Of a stretch of 64,000 nt of DNA, positions 23,891 through 34,810 are shown in pieces. The translations under genes were made by a program, and so were the position numbers. The stretch comes from Vicugna vicugna. Taxonomy: Eukaryota. Numbering within the stretch: position 1 is the stretch's first letter; each line of letters starts with the position of its first letter. Under the pieces are notes generated by a model. That model was given only the letters and a program-made list of their open reading frames with translations. It did not search any database and was not told the DNA's origin. The stretch covers positions 1,566,057-1,630,056 of the forward strand of contig MU057930.1 of NCBI GenBank assembly GCA_013265495.1, given 5' to 3'.

Positions 23891-25012
23891 AGCCGTCATG
23901 AAAAAGTCTATAAATTATAAATGCTGGAGAGGGTGTGGAGAAAAAGGAACCCTCCTACCTTGTTGGTGGGAACGTAATTTGGTACAGCCATTATGGAAAA
24001 CAGGATGGAAATTCCTTATAAAACTAAAAGGAGACTTACAATATGATCCAGCAATCCCACTCCTGGGATTATATCTGGAGGAAATTCTAATTTGAAAAGA
24101 TACACACACCCCAGTGTTAATAGCAGCACTCTTTACACTAGCCAAGACATGGAAACAACTTAAACGTCCATTGACAGATGACTGCATAAAGAAGTTGTGG
24201 TGTATTTATACAATGGAATACTATTCAGCCATAAAAAGGAATAGTTAATGCCATTTGCAGCAACATGGATGGACCTAGAGATCATCATTCTAAGTGAAGT
24301 AAGCCAGAAAGAGATAGAATCATACCATGTGGTATCACTTATATATAGAATATTGAAAAAAAAAAAGACAAATAAACTTATATATAAAACAGAAACAGAC
24401 TCACAGACATAGAATACAGACTTGTGGTTGCATGCACTGCAGTGTTCATGGCAGCACTATTTATAATAGACAAGACATGGAACCAACCTAAATGTCCATC
24501 AACACATGACTGGATAAAGAAGCTGCAGTATATTTATACAATGGAATACTAACTCAGCCATAAAAAAAGAATAAAATAATGCCATTTGCAGCAACATGGA
24601 TGGACCTGGAGATCAGCATTTTAAGTGAAGTCAGACAGAGAAAGACAAATATCATATGATATCACTCATATGTGGAATCTAAAAAGAAAGACACAAATGA
24701 ACTCATTTACAAAACAGAAACCAACTCACAGACACAAAAAACAAACTAATGTTTACCAGGGGGGGTAAGAGGTTTGGAAGAGATAAATTGGGAGTTCAAG
24801 ATTTGCAGATACACACTACTATGTACAAAATAAATAAACAACATTTTCTCCTGTCTAGCACTGGGAACTACGTTCCGTACCTTGAAGTAACCTATAATGA
24901 AAAAGAATATGAAGATGAATCTATGTATGTTCATGTGTGACTGAAGCACTGTGCTGTACAGCAGAAAGTGACACAGCATTGTAAACTGAGGAGACTTCAA
25001 TTTAAAAAAAAA
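23891..25012 (+). mobile_element. L1 3' portion (ORF2 zinc-knuckle region plus 3' UTR) with an internally repeated segment
   Basis: ORF 23853-24095 contains [27 protein letters not shown] (L1 ORF2p C-terminus); the sequence of about 24104-24430 restarts at 24431. Confidence 0.92.
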
Positions 25013-25242
25013 GTATTAAAGAGCGAATCAGTTTTCCTGGCTCTGTCCCATGTATACGTGTTATTAAACTTGGTTTGATCTTCTCCTGTTCAAGAAAAAG
25101 AACACATATTAAGGACAAAAATGGCATTAACTGTTTTCACAACCAGCCATGCAAGGATAAACCAAGCTAAGTGGAATGATTTGTCTTTATACCTATGTGA
25201 CCATATGATATTACACACACACCACACACACACACACACACT

Positions 25243-25440
25243 CCAGGGCCTGGGGGAGGTGTCATGAGGGAGAGACTACCTAAGGGACACGGGGCTCCCT
25301 TTGAGGATGATGAAGACATTTTGGACGTGGCCGCTAGTGATGGGGCAAGACGTTATGAACAGACCGCATGCCACTGCACTGTACACGCTAAAACAGTAAC
25401 AGTAGTGCTTCACTTTTATGTGATCTGAATTCACTAAAAC
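25243..25440 (+). mobile_element. Old L1MB-type 3' UTR fragment
   Basis: CCAGGGCCTGGGGGAGG...TTTGAGGATGATGAAGACATTTTGG...ATGCCACTGCACTGTACACGCTAAAA. Confidence 0.6.
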
Positions 25441-25989
25441 CACCTCAGTTGCAGCAGGTAAAGCATGTAGCATACTTTGTTTCCCAACCAGCCCACCCCA
25501 GACTTGTCTACCTTTATTCTGTTTCTATTGTCTTTGTGGGTAGAATGCAAGAGCTTCGTAAAAATTTCCAATGTACTCACACACACGCGCATCCCCAGTG
25601 AGCTGCAGTGAAAGAAAAGCGGGCTCAATATTCCGTTGACACTGCAGAGAACACGGCACCTCCCCATCTCCCCGCCCTGGCCTGCTGCTGACGTGGCCCC
25701 GCTCCGAGCGCACCTGCAGGTTTTTATGAGGCAAACTACATCGTGGAGGTGATTACAGAAAGCTTCCTTAAAAATCAGGTGTTCTCTCGACCGCAGGGTG
25801 TAAGGACTCTATGACAAGAAGCATATTTCTTCATACTTCCTACCTAGTGGGTTCAAAAGGAATCAAAAAAAGAAAAAAAGAGAAAAAAAGACACTGATAG
25901 TCTAAATCCTATTTTGTCTTGCCTCCACCAACTGAAGTTGGGCTGAGATGGGGAGACAAATGGAGAACAGCGAAGAAAAGCAAGTATAA

Positions 25990-26110
25990 CCTTTACAAAT
26001 TGTGAATCACTACATTGTATACCTGTAACATACAATACTGTACATCAACTCTACTTCAATTTTAAAATTATGATATTGTAAAATGAATACATAAATAAAA
26101 ACTAATAAAA
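25990..26110 (+). mobile_element. L1 3' terminal fragment
   Basis: GAATCACTACATTGTATACCTGTAACATACAATACTGTACATCAACTCTACTTCAAT plus A-rich tail. Confidence 0.7.
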
Positions 26111-26265
26111 GTTATTACACCAGGGGAAAAAAGAATAATACAAGGCACTTCCATAGTCCCTTGGAGGGGGGAAAAACAGGTATCATTGCCAACTGCAGAC
26201 CATCAGGGCTGCAGGCTGCAGCCACTATCCCAATGTCTTGTCTTTCTCCCTTTACACTTCCTTTT

Positions 26266-26495
26266 TTTCTTTTGTTTTCAAGACAAATGCCTTTTTTATT
26301 GAAGTGGAGTTGATTCATAATGTTGTGTTAGCTTCAGGTCTACAGCAAAGTGACTCAGTTACGCGTACACTGGTAGCAACGTGGATGGACCTAGAGATGA
26401 CCATGCTAAGTGAAGTAAGTCAGAGAGAGACAGATAAATATCATATGATATCACTTACATGTGGAATCTTAAAAAAATGATACAAAAGAAGTTAC
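26266..26495 (-). mobile_element. 5'-inverted (twin-primed) L1 insertion
   Basis: Antisense L1 terminus (to about 26369) joined to a sense upstream L1 segment (about 26370-26500) between TSDs TTACACT(T/C)CCTTTT at 26252-26265 and 26496-26509. Confidence 0.8.
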
Positions 26496-27086
26496 TTACA
26501 CTCCCTTTTATCTCATGTGTCAAGGACAGGGTGGTGGCTGACATCCAAGGTTATGGGTAGACTATGACCAGATTGGTATCTGCCCCCCGTGATGTGGAAG
26601 TTGATGGGACACTGAGGCTACGATGTTGTCCCAGATGAAGGATGGATATGCATGTTGAGGCCCATGGAAGGTGCATGAGGCTGAGAGTCTTCTATTCACA
26701 TGGGGAGATACGCTGCCCTCACCTTGCTGCCTGCGTAGAGAGCACGAGCTGTCTGGCTTCCATCAGTCAGGCCCCTGACTCTTTGGTCTTTCTTGGATTT
26801 GGCTGATGGGGAGTCCGGCCAGGAGATCAGAGTGTGGGGTGAAGGGAACATGACTGGAGGGTATTCACTCTCCTGGCTTTCTCCCTGTGATGCTTCTGAG
26901 GATGGCAGAGTCCCTCATCCTAAAGGCAATTCTTATCATGATGTCCCCTTCCCCAGAGGACCATCTCCTTTGGGTTCTGGTAATCTCCTTCCCCTTCTCC
27001 GGACGGGCTTCTAGACAGTGAGGTCTCCAGTATTATGAATTCTCACTGCTTCTTTGAAAGTTCCCCTGTAACCAAGCCACTCTTTT

Positions 27087-27213
27087 TTATATACATTTTT
27101 ATTTATGTAATTTTTTAAAGTAATTAATTTTTTAAATGGAGGCACTGGGGATTGAACCCAGGGCCTCCTGCATGCTAAGCATGTGCTCTACCACTGAGCT
27201 GTACCCTCCTCCC
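27087..27213 (-). mobile_element. tRNA-Ala-derived SINE
   Basis: Antisense SINE head; perfect 17-bp TSD AACCAAGCCACTCTTTT (27070-27086, 27214-27230). Confidence 0.95.
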
Positions 27214-27244
27214 AACCAAGCCACTCTTTTGTATGGAGTCCTGG

Positions 27245-27724
27245 TGTATAATCAGTGGCATGTGGACCCGCCCAAAAAATGTCACGTTCTAGCCCAAGAA
27301 CCAGTGAATATATTACATTGTGAAATAAACCTTGATGATGTGACTAAAGTTCTGGGTCTTATAACAGGGAGATTTTAATCACAAAAGCCCTTACAAGAGG
27401 GAGGTGGGAGGATTAGAGTCAGAGAGGGGAAGGAAAGGTAAAAGAAGAGGTCACAGAATTCCAGGTATTGAAGACAGAGGAAGGGGCTACCCACTGGGAA
27501 TGTGGACAACGTCTAGAAGCTGGGAGAGCAAAGGAAATGGATTCTTCCTTAGGGCCTCCAAAAGCAACACAGCCTTGCCTAAAACTTGACGTTAGCCCAC
27601 AAAATTCCACTTCTGGTTTCTGACCTCCAGGACGGCCACGTCTGACTGTAAGATAATACATTTGTGGATTTCAAACCACCAAGACCGTGATCATTTGTTA
27701 CAGCAGCCAGAGGAAACTCATACA
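27245..27724 (+). mobile_element. MaLR solo LTR (MLT1D-like)
   Basis: TCTAGAAGCTGGGAGAGCAAAGGAAATGGATTCTTCCTTAGGGCCTCCA...TTTGTTACAGCAGCCAGAGGAAACTCATACA. Confidence 0.85.
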
Positions 27725-28459
27725 CTGTGTAAATACCTCTTTTAAATGATCCTACTTTGAGTGTCAACCATCCTGAGTTGGGACCCTGTACTGACCAGTC
27801 ACTAATGGATAAAACTAGATGAGACAGAAAGAAAGGGATTCATTTTTCCCCTCACCACTAGAATGCCGCCATAGGCAGTAAATCATGGAGAATCCCCTTA
27901 TCTAATGTCTGCCCTTTGCCCTGCAAATTCATCATCCTGTGAGCTGATGGGCATCATTATGACAGCGTGCATGGCAGAGCCATTGTTGCACGTTGAGCTG
28001 TTACTAAGGAGATGCTGACGTGGAGGCTGGAGGGGAGTATTTTGGGGTTAAGGCAGAGGAAGCAAGACTCAGGGGAAGGAAAAAGGAAACAGAAGACGGT
28101 TTGACAAAGCGTCAGCCAACTCAGGTGGGCTCCGGGGCGTCTGAGACCCTATGGAGGGGTCTTGGCGGGGAGCGGTGCTGGGATGGTCTGAAGGAGCGTA
28201 CCTTCTAGGGTTACTGTCTGCGGCTGAGCCAACCATGGAGGTGTTGACAGTGGCAGACAGTCAATAGCACAGAAACAGCAGTCTGTCCCTAAAAAGGGTA
28301 TCTAAGTGTTGATACCACAGCCTCTTAGAAAACAAATTGCCCCTCTAAACTGAATCTGCAGTCGTAGCGTAGTAACGGAGATCATCAAAATGGCAAATGA
28401 GCCTACAGCCGTCACTGTATGCGGGGCAACTGCTCCAGCTCGAGGAGGTGGATATAACC

Positions 28460-28575
28460 AGATCCTTCATCTTTACAGATAAGGAAGTGGAGGCCGATAG
28501 GTGTTGAATCATGCTTCCAAGATCACAGAGCTAGTGAGACACTCAGGAGAGCTGATTCTAGAGTCAATGGGCTTG
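28460..28575. mobile_element. MIR core fragment
   Basis: TTTACAGATAAGGAAGTGGAGGC...CCAAGATCACAGAGCTAGTGAG. Confidence 0.65.
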
Positions 28576-29241
28576 ACCATTCTGCCCTTCTGTCTCTGGG
28601 CTGGACTTCTTTTCGCTCCATCGACAAACCCAAGGGAGGCGTCTTCACGTCATCCCCTTGGCTTTATCTCTTCCAAATATGGTTCCAGACAAGCAGTAGA
28701 GTAGTCAAGATCTCCAACTCGGTAACCTACTCTTGGCCCTACTTTCTTTGCCCTTCCTTCCTTAAATCTCTCCTTGGATAATTGCACTCATTCTCAAGAC
28801 TCCAAAGGGACCAATATTCTGATGATGCCCCGAAATGTCGATGCCTGAAAAAGAAAGTCCCACCACCTCCTCAAAGTTGGTCCTCCAGAACTGCCTTATC
28901 CACGGAGAGTGGCCCCACTGGGCACACGGGTGCTCACTTGCCATGATGGATAATTATGGACTTTTCTTTCTCCACCTTCTTACATTCAGATGACCATCAA
29001 GTCTCATCAAACCAACTTTTTGTTCCCTTGTATTTTGAGTCTCTTGGCTCATTTCCACCCCTGTGGCTTCGAGGCAGGTTCTCATTATTCCACCCTGCCT
29101 CCCTGGATACTCTTCCTAAACGTGTCCTCTTGCTCAGTGTTCAATCCCCTGAAGTCTTCCCAAAGCAGCCACACGAACTCAAAAGCCAACTCTGATCATG
29201 GGACATCTGATTTCTAAGGATCTCCTGAGTGATCCTGATGC

Positions 29242-29698
29242 TGTGTGTATGTGGCTTGAACCGTGTCCCCAGAAGAGAAGAGTTGAAGTCCCAACTTTAG
29301 TGAATGTGCCCTTATTTGGAAATACGGTCTTGGCACATGTAATCAAGTTAAAGGAGGTTATATTGGGGTAGGGTGGGCCCCGTATCCAATGACTAGAGTC
29401 CCTCCAAGAAGGGGAAAATTTGGACACAGAAACACAGATGGAAGGAGGCCATGTGGAGATGAAGGCTGAGATTGGCATGCGGTGTCTGTAAGACACGGAA
29501 TGCCAAGGGTGCCTGAAATTAGTCGTAGCAAGTGTGGGCAGCTAAGTATTCTTTCCTAGAGCCTTTGGAGGTGCTTGGTTCTGCCCACACCTTGATTTCA
29601 GACTTCTGTTCTCCTGAAAGGCAAGAGAATACACGTGTACTGTCTGAAGACACCCAGTTTGTGGGAATTTGTTACTGGAGCCGTAGCGCACGGATGCA
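29242..29698 (+). mobile_element. MaLR solo LTR (MLT1B/C-like)
   Basis: GAATGTGCCCTTATTTGGAAATACGGTCTTGGCACATGTAATCAAGTTAA...CTGCCCACACCTTGATTTCAGACTTCTG. Confidence 0.85.
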
Positions 29699-29979
29699 AA
29701 ACTGGCCCCTTGGCCATTCTTTGAGTATCAAGAGTGTACACTTTTCTACCAAGAAGCTGGACTAAACTTTTCCTTTAAACCCTCCGCATCTGTGCCCTGG
29801 CTCACGGGACGTACCTGAGTGCTGCTTCCAGGAAGGAAAGCACACGCTAGGAAGTGTGTCCAGAGATGCTCGCGGTGATGGATTTCACGACATTCAGCGC
29901 ACAGCTTAGCAACTTTCCGGGTACTTCTGGGGTTCCCTGGGAGCCTCTTGAAGTCACTGTCCCAGATACTTCCATCTTT

Positions 29980-30151
29980 AAAAAAAATTTTTTTTTTTTT
30001 TTACTGAAGTATAGTTGATTTACAATGTTGTGTGAACTTCTGGTGTATAGGACAGTGAATCATTTACACACATATATATTCCTTTTCATATTCTTTCTCC
30101 TTATAGGATGTTACAAGGTACTGAATACAGTTCCCTGTGTGAAATATTTCT
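29980..30151 (-). mobile_element. L1 3' end with TSD
   Basis: Poly(T) then TGAAGTATAGTTGATTTACAATGTTGTG; TSD AGATACTTCCATCTTT/AGATATTTCCACCTTT (29964-29979, 30152-30167). Confidence 0.88.
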
Positions 30152-30956
30152 AGATATTTCCACCTTTTCCCGCACTGTTCCTAGGCCTTCACACTTAATC
30201 AGCTCCCTGAGCCCTTCTGAATAAATGAGTCTAGAACCTCAGGAACAGGCAGGGTTGATTCCCACAAGTAAGGAATCGTGCAACTCTTTTCTCTTTTTTG
30301 CCCTGAAATGGTTAAAGAATCAGGAGGAAAAAAAATGTACTGATAAACTTACGAAATCATTGGAGGTCACAGTGTTTTGAATAGCCCGCAAATTACGGGC
30401 TTTTAAAACACATTCGAACCCTCTTCTTCCTGCAAGGGTGTTAAAATAGTCCTTGGAGGTTGATCGATACAGCTTTGTTGTTTCTAAGAATTCATCAAGC
30501 AGTTAGTGAGGTATTTATAAATATACTGCATCGCAGGACCCTTACTGCGTACAATAAGTGAGATATCCATTTTCCATGCCTGCAGAGCAGAATGACCATT
30601 TGTGAAAGCAACTGCCCTTTGAATATGGCTTCTAATAATCACGTCCATCAATCAGATATGGTTTTTTTAACCTTAATTCATCCATACAGCATTTTAAATG
30701 CAAATAAAAATCACCTTCCCAATATCTGTGAAAATTCAATCCCATCACGAATGAAAATTTACAGCCGTGGCTCACATTCGTTCATAGAGCCATATCTCCG
30801 ATGGGTAAATCTCTCCAGCACAGTTAAATGAAGTTCAGCGAGAGCTCTCATTTGCTGTTTTAGGTCAGCCTTGCCGTATTGACTGCTCTTACTCCGGGTG
30901 TAGACGGAGGACCACCAGGGGCCTGCTTTGGCCACCGCTTACATATTCTGAGTTCC

Positions 30957-31407
30957 TGTGGCAGATAAAATAAACTTACTCAGTGGAAGGGACTCTGCAG
31001 AGGTGGTGAAGGATTATTTGAGAAGGGGAGAGGACCCCAGACCACCTGGGTGGACCCAATGCCATCACAAGGATCTTTATAAGAAGGAAGCAGGGAGGTC
31101 AGAGTCACGGAAGGAGCTCTGATGACAAAGCAGATGTCAGGGTGATGTGCTCTGATGATGGAAGTGGGGCCAGGAGCCAAGGATGTGGGCGCCTCCAGAA
31201 GCTGGACAAGGTTAAGAACATGGATTCTCCCCTAAAGCCTCCAGGAGGAATGCAGTTCTCTGGACACCTAGATTCTCGCCCCAGGAGACCCCTCCCCCCA
31301 TTTCAGACTTCTGGCCTCTTGAACGACAACATGATAAATTCGTGTTTTCTCACCAAGCCGCCTTGTTGGTGCCAATTTCTTAAAAGCAGCCAGAGGAAAC
31401 TCAGGCA
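30957..31407 (+). mobile_element. MaLR solo LTR (MLT1D-like)
   Basis: CTGGGTGGACCCAATGCCATCACAAGGATCTTTATAAGA...CCTCCAGAAGCTGGACAAGG...GGATTCTCCCCTAAAGCCTCCAG. Confidence 0.85.
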
Positions 31408-33019
31408 GACCAAACCCCAGGTTGCCTTCATCTGGACCGTTTCGCTCTCCAGCGCAGGGGCAAAGGGTGACTCAGACGGCGGTGGCATGCACCCCTCCTG
31501 AGGTGACACAAGAACATGAAAGAAAACTGTGAACATTGAATTGTACCCTCTGCCTTGCACTCACGTCTCCCTATGTCGACTCAAAACCCCATCACGGGCG
31601 GCTGGGACAACGTGGAGCCGAATTACCGGGCAAAGAAAAACAGACAAACAAAACACACACACAAAGCACGAGAGAAGGGCAAGACCATTCGCTGTACGGT
31701 TCTCCCCGGATCTGAAGCCTCAAGCAAGGCGAGATCCCCTCTTGTCTGATGCCCAATTGGCAGGCATCCTCTTGCGATGGGGAGACGGAGGTCGATTTGT
31801 GCCTGTGTCCTGGGTCAGGCGTTTGCAGCAGGTGGCATGAAGACGGATGCCCCTTCATTTTAAGCCCAGCGGCGTAATCGCAGCTTGACGCCCGGTCGCG
31901 CCACCTAAGCCTCTGCCCTACGCCCCCCTGCACCCCAAGGCCATTCAGTCTCCGGGCCACCTGCCTGGGTATAATTACAGCCTTGATGAAGATAAAGTAT
32001 GTTTGGGTCTTTGCTACTGAACACGATATCATTGTCCAGCCACAGAGGGACCACTCTCCCGACAGCCGGAGGTCAGCGAGCCTCGTGAGTGAGTGATGGC
32101 CACCCGGCGGGCTGCAGGCGGATATTAAATATCTATGAACCTCCTTGTCGCCAGTGGGTGCTTTCTCATCGCAGGGGGGTTCTGGCTGAGACTAACGCGC
32201 AGGTAGAAAAGCACGGAGCTTGGTTTTCTGCGTGCACACCAAAATAATTTGCAGCAGGGGAAAGTCTTTGTCAGAGATTACCTAGCTCTGCAAAGCATAT
32301 TTTTTAAATGAGAAATGATAAATTCTTACAGTCACAGTGTCGACGCATTGCTCCCTTCAGGAAAGTCTGTCCATGGAAAGAAGGCATTGCAGTCAAGTTA
32401 GACAGCTTAACAGTCAATCATGGTTCTAAATGATATGGCCAAATGTTCAGTAAGCACCATCCTTTTCTTTTCCCTAAAAGGCTAAACCATCTAAAAAATA
32501 ATGTGATTCTAAAAATGGGAAGCCTGTATGATAAAGCATACCTATGAAATAAAATATCTTTTTGGTGTTTTTTTTTTAAATCGCCCAAGGATTTATAAAC
32601 CACCATAAAGGAGGGAGGTTGGGGGAAGGAAAATCCAATTTTTGTTATGAACTTGGCGTGAGGTCGTTGCACTATCCTGGGCATGTCAACTCCTCCTAAA
32701 CATATCCTCAATTCTACAATTGTAGTATTCTCATTTTTAAAACAATGGGTTGAAGTTACCATTGAAAAGTTCTGTTTATGCAGAACTCAATGGGTCCCAC
32801 ATCCCGGACTAAGAAATACATATATTGTGTGAATATATTATATATGGACACGCATATTTATATAATGCCATTTTACATATGATATACACATGTTTATTTA
32901 CACGTGAATAATGTATGCATGTCCATGTATATTATATAAAAGCATAGTCATATATTAAAATTGCATAACTTATTCTGTAATGTCATTGGATCCTTATACC
33001 CATGCAAAGTGTAGTCATT

Positions 33020-33080
33020 CTGTTTTCCCATTTCATGGGTGAGAAAACTGAGGCCCAGAGATTTAGGTGAACCTTCCAGT
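33020..33080. mobile_element. MIR core fragment
   Basis: CCCATTTCATGGGTGAGAAAACTGAGGCCCAGAGA. Confidence 0.65.
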
Positions 33081-33169
33081 GAGATGGAACTGGACGGGAC
33101 AGGACAGGCACACACGTATAAGATGGCATGAGAGCCGTGTCCTGGTCAGTCAACCTGACCCACTCTTAG

Positions 33170-33278
33170 TCTCGGTCCAGACCTACAGAATCAGACTATG
33201 GGGCGGGGCTGGAGTCTACATTTTAGTGCATTTCTACGAGTCATTCCTTACGTGTCCGAAAATCTGAGAATCGCTGCC
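33170..33278. mobile_element. MER5-like hAT DNA transposon remnant
   Basis: CCAGACCTACAGAATCAGACTATGGGGCGGGGCTGGAGTCTACATTTTA...TGAGAATCGCTG. Confidence 0.6.
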
Positions 33279-33599
33279 TTCCCAGTGAACGTGGTTTCAA
33301 AGCCACTTTCCGTCTACAATCTAAGGACTTTAGATGTTCAGTGAGAATTTTGCGACGATATTCGCAGATCTTTTGGCTAATGACACACGACATTTCTCAC
33401 ATTTAAAAAGTGTGATTCTTAAATCCTCTTAAAATCACCACAGGGAAGATAAACGATAAGAAACGCATCACAGATTTGCCTTAATCTAGACACAGGGAAG
33501 GACATCATTTAAATTCTGTGTCAATTTAGAGTGCAGAACTGACTTTTCATAGATGCAAAGTCACCTGGCATTCCATAGACCCAATATGTTGTCAATAAC

Positions 33600-33825
33600 T
33601 GTGTTCCTAGGACTGCCTTAACAAAGTATTATCTATGAGGTGGTGAAAAGAAAGAAAAGAAAACAAAACAAAAGAAAAAAAAAAGAAAATTTAAAACCCC
33701 GGTGTGGGTAGAGCACAGCCCAGTGGCAGAGTGCATACTTAGCATGCATGAGGTCCTGTCCGATCCCCAGTACCTCTGCTAAAATTTTAAAAATTAAAAA
33801 AAAAACCTAATTCCCTTCTCCCAAC

Positions 33826-33856
<31 letters not shown>

Positions 33857-34282
33857 AATCATTTAAAAATAAATTAAATAAATTAAAAAACCCCTGAAAT
33901 AGCGTCTCACAGTTCTGGAGACCAGAAGTCCCAGATCACGGTGTGGGAAGGAGGCATTCCGTCCAGCAGCTCTAAGGGGAAGACCCTCCTTTGCCTCTTG
34001 CGGCTCCTGGTGGTACCTGGTAATGCTTGGCACCCCTGTGCTTGAAGCCACATCACCCCAATCTCTGCCTCCACCTTCACATGGCTGTCCTCCCTCTGGG
34101 TGACCCCAACCGAATTTCTCTCCCCTCCTAAGGACACCAGTGATTGGCTGGGGCCCACCCTGCTCCAGGATGGCCTCACTCATCTCAACTTGACGACCTC
34201 CACAAAGACCCTCTTTGCACAGACGGTCACCTTCACAGGTTCTGGGTGAGCATGAACGTGGGAAGACACTCTTCAACCCAAC
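33600..34282 (-). mobile_element. MaLR solo LTR (MLT1C-like) split by a SINE
   Basis: TTCCTAGGACTGCCTTAACAAAGTA...CTCACAGTTCTGGAGACCAGAAGTCC...CATCACCCCAATCTCTGCCTCC...TTCAACCCAACA. Confidence 0.85.
33701..33886 (+). mobile_element. Diverged tRNA-Ala-derived SINE
   Basis: CAGCCCAGTGGCAGAGTGCATACTTAGCATGCATGAGGTCCTG...CCCCAGTACCTC, AAACCTAATT tail motif and long A run; AAAACCCC on both flanks. Confidence 0.85.
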
Positions 34283-34409
34283 AGGTGGAACTTCAAGATG
34301 AAAAAGAATACAGAACTTTTGCATAATTTGTACACAGGTTTGGGGGGGGGAGGAGGGTGGTACGTACTTTTGTAGAGGTGAGCATTTGAGAAAACATTGT
34401 CCCTGGTTC

Positions 34410-34810
34410 TAGAGACCTGCTATGTGGTTAACAATAATGTCGCGTATGCTGAAAAATTTGTCAAGAGAGTCGATCTGCAGCTAAGTGTTCTGATTACAAA
34501 AAAAGTCAGGGGATGGGCAGGAGGAGATATTTGGAGATGATGAATGTATACTGCCTTGATTGTGGTAGTGGCTTCCCAGGTCCATGAATATGTCAAAACG
34601 TGTCAAATTGTGTATATCAACTATGTGTCTTTTTGGATGCCAGCTACAACCCAATAAAGCCGTTTAAAGCGGAGGGTCTAGCTCAGTGGTAGAGTGCGTG
34701 CTTAGCATGCACGAGGTCCTGACTTCCATCCCCACTACCTCCATTAAAAAATAAATCACAAATAATTAAATTTTTAAAAGTTAAAAAAAAAATAAAGCTG
34801 TTTTTCAAAA
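34410..34810 (+). mobile_element. Old L1MC/MB-type 3' end, split by a SINE
   Basis: TTTGGAGATGATGAATGTATA...CTTGATTGTGGTAGTGGCTTC...ATATGTCAAAAC...CAATAAAGC. Confidence 0.75.
34669..34790 (+). mobile_element. tRNA-Ala-derived SINE
   Basis: TAGCTCAGTGGTAGAGTGCGTGCTTAGCATGCACGAGGTCCTG; TSD AATAAAGC(C/T)GTTT (34653-34665, 34791-34803). Confidence 0.92.

Larger units (their letters stand above)
26700..27797. mobile_element. ERVL LTR33-like element split by a SINE and an MLT1
   Basis: GGATTTGGCTGATGGGGAGTCCGGCCAGGAGATCAGAG...CTCTCCTGGCTTTCTCCCTG; end piece TTTGAGTGTCAACCATCCTGAGTTGGGACCCTG at about 27755-27790. Confidence 0.6.
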
